DNA of 32,000 nt from Promethearchaeum syntrophicum. Its GTDB lineage: Archaea > Asgardarchaeota > Lokiarchaeia > Sigyniarchaeales > Promethearchaeaceae. Positions 17,302 to 25,362 of the stretch are shown here, one piece after another. The DNA lies in NCBI RefSeq assembly GCF_008000775.2, contig NZ_CP042905.2, forward strand, positions 3,720,001 through 3,752,000, in the 5' to 3' direction. The translations under genes and the position numbers were made by a program. The first letter of the stretch is position 1; each line of letters begins with the position of its first letter. The notes beneath the pieces are model-generated. The model searched no databases and was not told where the DNA came from. It saw only the letters and a list, made by a program, of their open reading frames with translations.

Positions 17302-17507
17302 GAAGATTTATCTTTTTTCTCTACTGAGATTACTTCATGTCCGAGTTTTTTCATTGTTTCAGGAATTCTTTCAGCTGAAAGCGGATAATCAATTAAAATT
17401 TCTAAAATATTTCCTGAATTCATCTTCTTAACTTTCCTTTTAGATTTTACATCGGGATATGGACATACTTCACCCATGCAATCCAGTGTTTCTGTAATTT
17501 CTACCAT
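17274..17507 (-). CDS. TusA/SirA-family sulfur carrier
   Basis: ITETLDCMGEVCPYPDVKSKRKVKKM (CPxP motif) followed by the IPETMKKLGHEVISVEKKD TusA fold; overlaps the transporter gene start. Confidence 0.88.
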   Translation of the reverse strand: MVEITETLDCMGEVCPYPDVKSKRKVKKMNSGNILEILIDYPLSAERIPETMKKLGHEVISVEKKDKSSWQILVRIK

Positions 17508-17817
17508 TTTTTTTTAACCCAATTTTTTCATATAATTTATAAATAATTATCGATAAATCGACAATTGTAATTTATCTTACTTTCTATTAAAATAATTAGC
17601 TATTTAATTATCGAATTTCGTAAAAATGAGAATAATCACATACAAAACTTTTAATATAATATATTGAATATTTGAATTCTAATTTTATATTATTGATTAT
17701 GATCATTGAAAGTAAAAACTATGACAAATTCTTACATCTAAGATCAAAAAAATTTGATGTTTTGAAACTATAATTATTAGATCTAAATTTGCACTAACAA
17801 ATTAATAATAGAGAATC

Positions 17818-18234
17818 ATGGAAAATGATAAGGAATATATTCCCAGAAAAAAGGATTTCAAGTCGAGGAACTTTCAACCTATAAAAAAACGTCGATTGAA
17901 TGAGGATTTTGAAAAAAATAATGATGAATCTGGACCAAGACTGGAAAATATCCTTGAAAATGGTAAGATAAATGAAACTCAGATAAAAGAAGAAGAAATT
18001 CCAGAACTTACTTTTGAAAACTTTCCAATTGAAGCAGCAGTGCATTCAGAACCACCAGATATGATGGACATTCTACTTCAAGCTGCCGTACATCGAGAAC
18101 CAGAGAATATTCCTATGCCAAGTTCAATGCCATTACTAAAGAAGTTTAAAAAAAACATAAGAAGGTTGATATCTTTAAATGTGAATGTTCTGGAGTTATA
18201 TCACCAAATATCATTGAATATGGAGAATCTGTGA
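17818..18234 (+). CDS. Hypothetical charged/low-complexity protein
   Basis: 138-aa ORF, translationally coupled (GTGA overlap) to the sirtuin-like ORF; internal duplicated motif AAVHSEPPDM / AAVHREPENI. Confidence 0.55.
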   Translation: MENDKEYIPRKKDFKSRNFQPIKKRRLNEDFEKNNDESGPRLENILENGKINETQIKEEEIPELTFENFPIEAAVHSEPPDMMDILLQAAVHREPENIPMPSSMPLLKKFKKNIRRLISLNVNVLELYHQISLNMENL

Positions 18235-18530
18235 GAAATTATGATATTTGTGAAGATAAAGCTCGAAAAACTATTGTTATGTTAGTTATGGGTACTTCTA
18301 TTCGAGTTACTCCTGCTAGTGACCTTGTTGATATTGTTGAAAAGCAAGGTGGAAAAGTTATATTATTTACAAGATCCGATACACCCAAAGACGATTTAGC
18401 TTCTCTTCACATTCGCGGGGATCTTTCAGATATTCTTCTAATGATTCCAAAAGAATTGAAGAAATATCTTCAAACCCAAGATAATATACCGAAATCAGTA
18501 AGAAAATTAATTAGGAAATATAAAATATGA
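18231..18530 (+). CDS. Sirtuin (Sir2)-like C-terminal half only
   Basis: VMLVMGTSIRVTPASDLVDIVEKQGGKVILFTRSDTPKDDLASLHIRGDLSDILLMI resembles the Sir2 GTSxxVxPAxxL...G..xxxINxxxTPxDxxADxxIxGxxxxxL segment; N-terminal catalytic part missing. Confidence 0.6.
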   Translation: MRNYDICEDKARKTIVMLVMGTSIRVTPASDLVDIVEKQGGKVILFTRSDTPKDDLASLHIRGDLSDILLMIPKELKKYLQTQDNIPKSVRKLIRKYKI

Positions 18531-18597
18531 AAATTTTGGAGTTTAAAAAATCAAAGCCCTATTTCCTTTTAAATATCTTTTTTAATCTCTTTTTCCT

Positions 18598-18876
18598 ATG
18601 TCAAAGAGTGCAATAATACCTCAAGCCCAGTTATCCAACACAGAAATATCTGAATTTTATGAAATTATGGAATTGGCTAGATATAATTTAGGTTCATTTT
18701 GTCAAAAACCGAACTCTAATATCAAGATTTCTGATGAAATCACATTTTCAAATTTCGAGGATTTCCTATATCTGCTTAATGAAAAATGTAAAAAAAATTG
18801 TAAATTTTACCATAATTGTGGTTTAATAGACTGGTCAAATGAAATTCTCAAAATTTATGATAGATATGTGTTCTAA
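18598..18876 (+). CDS. Hypothetical small Cys-containing protein
   Basis: 92-aa ORF with C...C-K-K-N-C-KFYHNC cluster (NEKCKKNCKFYHNCG). Confidence 0.5.
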   Translation: MSKSAIIPQAQLSNTEISEFYEIMELARYNLGSFCQKPNSNIKISDEITFSNFEDFLYLLNEKCKKNCKFYHNCGLIDWSNEILKIYDRYVF

Positions 18877-18902
18877 ATCAAAATTCAAGATTTGTAAGAA
18901 TA

Positions 18903-20309
18903 TTAAATTTGACTTGGAATTTCCCGTAATTTACGTAGATGGTGGTATTCTTCTCTTATCCATTTGCGATTAAGAAAATGTGCATATAGTCCAATTATAA
19001 AAGCTCGAAACCTACCATGAAAAAGCCGTAGGATAATCCATTTCCATGCATAGAATTTTGCATGAGCATGATATTGAGCCATTTGTAATTGCCAAGGATT
19101 ATAATTTTTTGGTTTGAATTTCACATGATGAGCATCGTATTCATCCCAATTTGTGTCAATTAACCTTCCTTCTCGCTTCATTTTATAGTAAAAATCGGTA
19201 CCAGGTAACGGAGTGAGGATTAAAAATTGAGTCGTATCAATTTTATGGCGAATAGCAAATTTAACCGAAGCTCGTGCTTTCTTTGGATTGTCCTTATCAA
19301 ACCCAAACACAAACATTCCGTGTACAAAAATTTTACGCTTACGGATCTCTTGAATTGCAGTCTTTATATCTTCTACGGATTGATTTTTGTTCATTTCTTT
19401 TAATGAATCTGGATCCACTGATTCAAATCCGATATAAAGAGTATCACAACCTGCTTTAGCCATCAAATCTAGAAGTTCTGGATCTTTATATATATCCACT
19501 CGAACCTGTGTAGAAAATTTAAAAATTAACCCTAATCTAATCATTTCTCTAAGCAATTTTTTTGTCCGTTTCCGATTTGCGGTAAAATTATCATCATAAA
19601 AGAAAATCGCATGTTCTTTCGGATTATATTGCTGTAATTCAGCAATAATATCTGCTGTTGAACGAAAACGAAATTTCCTGCCAAACATTGCGGTTACTGA
19701 GCAAAAATTGCACGCAAAAGGGCATCCCCTTGAAGTTTGGATGGGGATCGTTGGTTTTTGACCTACAGCGCCCATATGATCCTTTTCTAATTCTAATAAT
19801 TTAAAATCAGGAAAAGGATTGTTATCAAGATTTTGAATATGAACTACATGAGAATTTTTAACAATTTCACCATCAAGATTTCGCCAAACAAGACCTTGAA
19901 TTGTTTTAAAATCTCCTTGAGTATTTAATGTATTTATTAACTGTGGGAGAGAAATTTCACCTTCACCACAAATACAATAATCTGAGTGTTCCATAGCTTC
20001 CTCTGGCATAGCAGAAATATGAGGCCCTCCCATTACAACAATTTTTCCCTTACTTCGGAAATAATCACCCAATCGATAGGCGATAAATGCAGTTGAGGAT
20101 ATTGAGGATATGCCAATTATATCTGCAGTTATATTTTTTTCCAAAATATTACGTTCGCTTAAGAAATAAGCTCGGGCTTCAAAACCTAAATTCTTCATAA
20201 TCGTAGCTAATAAAACACATCCCAATCTTGGAAGTTCAAATTTTGAATATATGTGCAGATTTTCGTTTTTTGGCTCTAACATTGCTATTGAGCTTATCTG
20301 TTTTATCAT
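18903..20309 (-). CDS. B12-binding-domain radical SAM protein
   Basis: N-terminal cobalamin-binding-like Rossmann region (IIGISSISSTAFIAYRLGDYFRSKGKIVVMGGPHISAMPEEAM...GEGE) and radical SAM CxxxCxxC motif SRGCPFACNFCSV. Confidence 0.92.
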   Translation of the reverse strand: MIKQISSIAMLEPKNENLHIYSKFELPRLGCVLLATIMKNLGFEARAYFLSERNILEKNITADIIGISSISSTAFIAYRLGDYFRSKGKIVVMGGPHISAMPEEAMEHSDYCICGEGEISLPQLINTLNTQGDFKTIQGLVWRNLDGEIVKNSHVVHIQNLDNNPFPDFKLLELEKDHMGAVGQKPTIPIQTSRGCPFACNFCSVTAMFGRKFRFRSTADIIAELQQYNPKEHAIFFYDDNFTANRKRTKKLLREMIRLGLIFKFSTQVRVDIYKDPELLDLMAKAGCDTLYIGFESVDPDSLKEMNKNQSVEDIKTAIQEIRKRKIFVHGMFVFGFDKDNPKKARASVKFAIRHKIDTTQFLILTPLPGTDFYYKMKREGRLIDTNWDEYDAHHVKFKPKNYNPWQLQMAQYHAHAKFYAWKWIILRLFHGRFRAFIIGLYAHFLNRKWIREEYHHLRKLREIPSQI

Positions 20310-20492
20310 ATTATCACTTTTATTTTAAGTTAATAAAAATTTAACAAGTTGGATATTATTAACTCAATTTTCAGATGTGACTTGTTAAATCTACATATTG
20401 TTAAAACAACATAGTATTTAATATCATTGGTTGTCTTTGATCTTCGTTCTAAATATTGAGATAAAACATAAAAATTGAAAAAAATATGATTT

Positions 20493-21245
20493 TTATCTTT
20501 TCTTACTGAAAATAACCCCAATCCCAAGAATTAAACAAAATCCAAAAATTTCGAGTGGAAAACTAGGAATAAACTTTGCATCTGCATCTTCTATTTTCCA
20601 TTCATATTCTATACCCTCCACCCAACTATATGAATTTTCATAAATTTGGAGAATACCATTTTCTGAATATTTTATTTCATAAGAACGACTCCCCGCAGGA
20701 AGAGTTTCAAAATCATCCCATGATGCAGTTATTTTATAACCATACGCATCAGAAGAACTTGAGTAATCTATACCCGTGATTTCGTCAACACTATAAGTAG
20801 TAAACGTGTAAGTATCAACCCAAAAAAAATTCTTTGAAAAGTTTATTCGTTCTACCCAATAGCTTTCCATATCCGCAAAAGCAGATGCTTCATAAATTAT
20901 TTTTACGAATACTGTCAAAGCTTCTTCTGTACTAATTAAATTTGTACCTTCCACATTTTTTTTCATATTAGTACCCCAAGTACCAACATCATTATCCACA
21001 TCACAATTTACATCATATGTGAGATTATCATCTACATTTTTTATGATTACAGAGATTTCTGCTGAAGTTTTTTCAGTAAGAATTTTATCATTATCACTAT
21101 ATTCATAGGATAAAGAGTAGTTTAATTCATCATCCTTTTGCACTGGCCATGATGAAACTGCTATAACATTTATCGTTGGCATGATGAGCAAAATAAAAAT
21201 CATGCCCAAAATTCCACATCTTTTTGTTCGATTCATTTTAATCAT
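20493..21245 (-). CDS. Secreted/membrane-anchored protein of unknown function
   Basis: N-terminal signal-like MTKRCGILGMIFILLIMPTINVIAVSS and C-terminal hydrophobic anchor FPLEIFGFCLILGIGVIFSKKR. Confidence 0.7.
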   Translation of the reverse strand: MIKMNRTKRCGILGMIFILLIMPTINVIAVSSWPVQKDDELNYSLSYEYSDNDKILTEKTSAEISVIIKNVDDNLTYDVNCDVDNDVGTWGTNMKKNVEGTNLISTEEALTVFVKIIYEASAFADMESYWVERINFSKNFFWVDTYTFTTYSVDEITGIDYSSSSDAYGYKITASWDDFETLPAGSRSYEIKYSENGILQIYENSYSWVEGIEYEWKIEDADAKFIPSFPLEIFGFCLILGIGVIFSKKR

Positions 21246-21410
21246 CTTAATATATTCCTCTTTAATTATCTAAAAACAAACTTAATTCTACAATTTAGTC
21301 AATATTACAAATATTTTTTTGCAATTTAAATGTATATGCTTATTCGCTGTAAACGTAAAAAAAAGCAAAATTGAGAAGATTTTTAAACAAAATTCCCTAA
21401 AAATAATGCA

Positions 21411-22409
21411 ATGAGAGTTGGAATTACGGGAATATCATCTACTTTAGGTAGTTGTTTAATTCCAAAACTAATCGAAGACCAAAATATTGAACAAATAATT
21501 GGATTAGATCTTAAAGTCTTAAATAGGGATAACTATAACAAAATTCATTTTATTAAAGGAGATGTTCGAAACTTATCACATTTAAGAAATGCTTTTAAAA
21601 ATATAGATGTATTAATCCATTTGGCCTTCGTTGTAATTGGATCCATTCCAGATCCTAAAAAAATTTATGATATCAATGTTAACGGAACGAAAAATGTTTT
21701 TAATGTCGCTGCAGAATTGGGAATTAAGAAGGTAATATATTCGAGTTCTGTTGCAGCATATGGAAAAAATATTTCAAATTCCGCTTTTCTTACAGAAAAA
21801 TCCCCCTTATTAGGTCAAGAGATGAGTTCCTTTTATTACCCTTATACAAAAGCTCTTGTTGAAATCTTTATAGAGGATTTTAAGGAACAACATCCAGAGA
21901 TCAAGATTACAATTTTTCGACCTCATTTGATTGTTGGACCTCACTTTCTTTCCTATACAGATAATTTTAAATTTAGTTTTGGGCAATTAAAATCCAATAG
22001 AAAAATTTATTGGAAGATTGGTCATAAAAATTCCATTGGTAATTTAGTGCAATATACGGATGAACATGATTTAATTAGCGCGATGCATTTTGCAGTTTCA
22101 CATGTTTTTCCCGGAATTTATAATATTGCAGGAGAACCATATGAAATTACGAATATCATGAATGAATTAGGGAAAGAAGAGAAATATATTCCTTTTTGGT
22201 TGGTTAAGGGTTTTTTGACCTTATGCGGAATTTTTTCAAAGAAAGCAAGATGCAATAAAAAATGGATTGAATTCACGAATAATGAACTAATTATGGATTG
22301 TAGCAAGCTATTAAACTCCAGTTATCCCGACAAACTTATATCTTCTAAAAATATCATGTTAAACTCAATTTCTTATCTTAAAAAAATTGAAAAATCTTCG
22401 TACTTTTAA
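21411..22409 (+). CDS. NAD-dependent epimerase/dehydratase (SDR extended)
   Basis: MRVGITGISSTLGSCLI nucleotide-binding motif, VIYSSSVAAYG, and YPYTKALVE (YxxxK). Confidence 0.9.
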   Translation: MRVGITGISSTLGSCLIPKLIEDQNIEQIIGLDLKVLNRDNYNKIHFIKGDVRNLSHLRNAFKNIDVLIHLAFVVIGSIPDPKKIYDINVNGTKNVFNVAAELGIKKVIYSSSVAAYGKNISNSAFLTEKSPLLGQEMSSFYYPYTKALVEIFIEDFKEQHPEIKITIFRPHLIVGPHFLSYTDNFKFSFGQLKSNRKIYWKIGHKNSIGNLVQYTDEHDLISAMHFAVSHVFPGIYNIAGEPYEITNIMNELGKEEKYIPFWLVKGFLTLCGIFSKKARCNKKWIEFTNNELIMDCSKLLNSSYPDKLISSKNIMLNSISYLKKIEKSSYF

Positions 22410-22415
22410 TTTATC

Positions 22416-23258
22416 ATGGATCATTGGAAAAAAGAAGGTTTAATCGTTAGAAATACCGAAAAACCAAATACTATAAATACTCTAATATCAGATTTTGAAC
22501 GAATAGGATTAAAACCAGGAGATGTTATTTTAGTTCATAGCTCCCTCAGTAAACTTGGTTGGACAGTTGGAGGACCTGTTGCTGTTATTAAAGCCCTTCA
22601 AACTGTTATAACCAAAGAAGGCACACTAATTATGCCTTCATTTACCACTGAAAACAGTAATCCCGTAATATGGCATTTTCCTCCTGTCCCTAAAGAATGG
22701 TGGCAGATAATTAAAGATAATCAACCTGCATATAATCCCCGGTATAGCTCAACTCGTGCAATGGGAAGAATTGCCGAAACATTTCGAACTTTTCCGGGTG
22801 TTTTAAGATCGGCGCATCCACAGGAATCATTTTGTGCATGGGGAAAACTTGCAGAATTCATCACAAGAAATCATGTGGTATCTCCCGTTTTTGGAAATGA
22901 TTGTCCTCTTTCCAAAATTTACGGATTAAAAGGTAAAGTTGTTTTACTGGGAGTAAATCATGGAAACAATACTTCACTTCATTTAGCTGAATTCCGAGCA
23001 CAACTTCCAAATCAACCTAAAGAAATTCAAGGCGCTGCAATGTCTGTTGACGGAGTTCGAAAATGGATCGAATGGGAAGATTTAGTATATGATGATGATG
23101 ATTTTGTTACTGTTGGTGAAGCTTTTGAAAACACAATTAAATATAATCCGGCCAAAGTTGGTCAAGCAACTTGTAAAATCTTACCCCAACATGAAATAAT
23201 CGATTTTGCTATTGAATGGTTTAAAAGGAACAGAAAATATGAAAAAAAAACTGTTTAA
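22416..23258 (+). CDS. Aminoglycoside N(3')-acetyltransferase family (AAC(3)/YokD-like) protein
   Basis: LKPGDVILVHSSLSKLGWTVGGPVAVIKAL...GTLIMPSFT...STRAMGRIAETFRTFPGVLRSAHPQESFCAWG...LLGVNHGNNTSLHLAE. Confidence 0.9.
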   Translation: MDHWKKEGLIVRNTEKPNTINTLISDFERIGLKPGDVILVHSSLSKLGWTVGGPVAVIKALQTVITKEGTLIMPSFTTENSNPVIWHFPPVPKEWWQIIKDNQPAYNPRYSSTRAMGRIAETFRTFPGVLRSAHPQESFCAWGKLAEFITRNHVVSPVFGNDCPLSKIYGLKGKVVLLGVNHGNNTSLHLAEFRAQLPNQPKEIQGAAMSVDGVRKWIEWEDLVYDDDDFVTVGEAFENTIKYNPAKVGQATCKILPQHEIIDFAIEWFKRNRKYEKKTV

Positions 23259-23878
23259 GATTGAATTTTAGCGAGATGAGTCATCTCAGGTTCTTGAATA
23301 GTTATTTTCTTTCGTTTAGGAATATTAAATCGTTTCTGCGCTTGAAAAGCATAATGTTTTGCATAACTATAGTAAATACAATCCTCGATCACTGGCATAT
23401 AACTTACAACCCAAGCCCTAGATGAGATATATTCAATATCCTCAAACGAAACATCCCATAATACCGCATATAGAGGTCTAATCTCAATCATTTTACTAAT
23501 AAAATCTTCAAGAGCAATTTCTTCAGGTTGCTCAGTAATATCAGGGGAGTAAAATCGTATCGGTTTAAACATTTCTCCCACTGGTAAAAATTCATCCCAT
23601 TGTTCCTCCGATTCGATATGAACTATATTCTTCAAATTATACAGTACTTGGGCACGAGTAGCATAATGTTTTGACTGGGAATAGTAAACGACTTTTTCCT
23701 TATCATTAATTATAACGTATTGAGTTACCCACACTTTTTTATGAAATTCTCGTACATCTTTTCCAGTAACATCCCAGACTATGGCATATTCAGGTCTTTT
23801 TTTAAGCATTAAAGCCAAAAAGGTCTTGTTGTCTGTTTCCTCGGGGTGATCTTGGTAATTTGGGCAAAAAAATCGCAT
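23255..23878 (-). CDS. Uncharacterised protein made of two tandem copies of a ~75-aa domain
   Basis: Repeat 1 MRFFCPNYQDHPEETDNKTF..RPEYAIVWDVTGKDV..WVTQYVI..VVYYSQSKHYATRAQ; repeat 2 IRFYSPDITEQPEEIALEDF..RPLYAVLWDVSFEDI..WVVSYMP..CIYYSYAKHYAFQAQ. Confidence 0.75.
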   Translation of the reverse strand: MRFFCPNYQDHPEETDNKTFLALMLKKRPEYAIVWDVTGKDVREFHKKVWVTQYVIINDKEKVVYYSQSKHYATRAQVLYNLKNIVHIESEEQWDEFLPVGEMFKPIRFYSPDITEQPEEIALEDFISKMIEIRPLYAVLWDVSFEDIEYISSRAWVVSYMPVIEDCIYYSYAKHYAFQAQKRFNIPKRKKITIQEPEMTHLAKIQS

Positions 23879-23919
23879 GATTTATTTCATTATTGTTCAT
23901 TATTATTTTTATTGATTCT

Positions 23920-24471
23920 ATGAGTATATTAAAAGACTATTTGAAAAAAGCTATTGATGGAGAATTTTCAGCGACCCAAAAATATACGGAATTTGCTGAT
24001 ATTGCACAGAACGAAGGTTTTAGTAATATTGCTTATCTGTTCAAAGCCTTGACTGCAGCAGAAAACATTCATATTAAAAATCATACCAATGCATTGAAAG
24101 AAGAATATCAACCAGAGGTTGAAGAATTTACCAGAGGAACAACCATTGAAAATGTTAAAGATGCGATGGAAGCGGAATTTTGGGAAAGCAAAACGATGTA
24201 CAAAAATTACCTTAAAGAAATTAAGAAAGATAAAAAAAATCCTCTGTTAAAAGTCGCTCAACTCTCGTTTGAATGGGCACGCGATGTTGAATATACGCAC
24301 TATCAAGCTTTGAAACTTGCTTTAAAATATATTGAAAAAGGAAAAGATTTAGATTACTCAGAGATCTATGTTTGTAAAGTGTGCGGGGATATTATTTTCA
24401 CAAAACCTACTGAAATTTGCCCGATTTGTGGACATGATCCCGCTTTTTATTTTAAAGTAAAAAGAAATTAA
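23920..24471 (+). CDS. Rubrerythrin (ORF track start TTG 23893; ATG 23920 preferred)
   Basis: LKKAIDGEFSATQKYTEFADIAQNEGF..., and C-terminal rubredoxin-like YVCKVCGDIIFTKPTEICPICGHDPAFYF. Confidence 0.93.
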   Translation: MSILKDYLKKAIDGEFSATQKYTEFADIAQNEGFSNIAYLFKALTAAENIHIKNHTNALKEEYQPEVEEFTRGTTIENVKDAMEAEFWESKTMYKNYLKEIKKDKKNPLLKVAQLSFEWARDVEYTHYQALKLALKYIEKGKDLDYSEIYVCKVCGDIIFTKPTEICPICGHDPAFYFKVKRN

Positions 24472-24492
24472 AGAACTTAGGAGAAAAAAAAA

Positions 24493-25203
24493 ATGTCAAA
24501 ACCATATATTGATAAATTTCACTTGGAAGGGGGAGAACTCATACGGCAAGTCACCTTTGGGATGAATGATGGAATTGTCTCGATATTTGCTTTACTTGCA
24601 GGAATCGCAGGGGCGGGTCAATCCCCAAAAATTATCCTAATATCACTACTTGCTGCAACAATTGCAGGTGCAATAAGTATGGCGGCAGGAGAGTTTATTA
24701 GTGGAAAGGGGGAGCACGAATATTACAAGCACGAAATTAATCAAGAACGTCTTGAAATTAAGCTCTGTCCCGACATCGAGAAGGAAGAAATTCGGATGAT
24801 TTATCGAAAAAAGGGTTTTGAAGGAGAAATATTAGAAAAGATTGTTGATAAAATTTCCCAAAATGAAGACCTTTGGGTTAGGGAGATGATTATTGAAGAG
24901 TTAGGAGTTACGGAAATTGAACAAGCCCCCGGATTTAAAACTTCAATCGTTATTTTCTTTTCGTTTATTTTAGGAGCAATATTTCCTGTATTACCATATT
25001 TAATATTATTTCAAACAAGTATCTTGGACATGACGCTATTTTGGATTGCTACAAGTGTAACTTTTGGAGGGTTATTCTTCGCAGGAGCAATAAAGACCTT
25101 CGTAACTGGCGTTAATTGGCTGAAATCTGGAATTGAAATGCTTCTGGTGGGATTATTTGCTTTCGGAATTTCTTATATTATTGGCTATTGGATACCTATT
25201 TAA
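24493..25203 (+). CDS. VIT1/CCC1 family transporter (Fe/Mn)
   Basis: FGMNDGIVSIFALLAGIAGAG...AGAISMAAGEFISGKGEHEYY...FFSFILGAIFPVLPYL. Confidence 0.9.
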   Translation: MSKPYIDKFHLEGGELIRQVTFGMNDGIVSIFALLAGIAGAGQSPKIILISLLAATIAGAISMAAGEFISGKGEHEYYKHEINQERLEIKLCPDIEKEEIRMIYRKKGFEGEILEKIVDKISQNEDLWVREMIIEELGVTEIEQAPGFKTSIVIFFSFILGAIFPVLPYLILFQTSILDMTLFWIATSVTFGGLFFAGAIKTFVTGVNWLKSGIEMLLVGLFAFGISYIIGYWIPI

Positions 25204-25362
25204 ATTTTAAATGTTGATGTTCCAAATTTAGATAATCAGGAAAGAAAATAAGAAAATGGTTGGAGGCTATATTTGGAACGGTTAACTAATAACCTATAGC
25301 CTCCAAAAAAAAAATTTCGTGTGATTTGTTGATTTCTTTTTGGATTATTATATTGTGTTTCC

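Noticed and set aside
17794-18045. Minus-strand 83-aa hydrophobic ORF
   Set aside because: Phe/Ile-rich shadow of the Lys/Glu-rich plus-strand ORF; no support.
20330-20527. Minus-strand 65-aa ORF
   Set aside because: Intergenic AT-rich, overlaps the start of the 250-aa secreted protein, no recognisable features.
22416-23258. Calling the AAC(3)-like gene an aminoglycoside resistance gene or defence cargo
   Set aside because: Family membership alone does not show resistance; in archaea the substrate is unknown and no mobile element is nearby.
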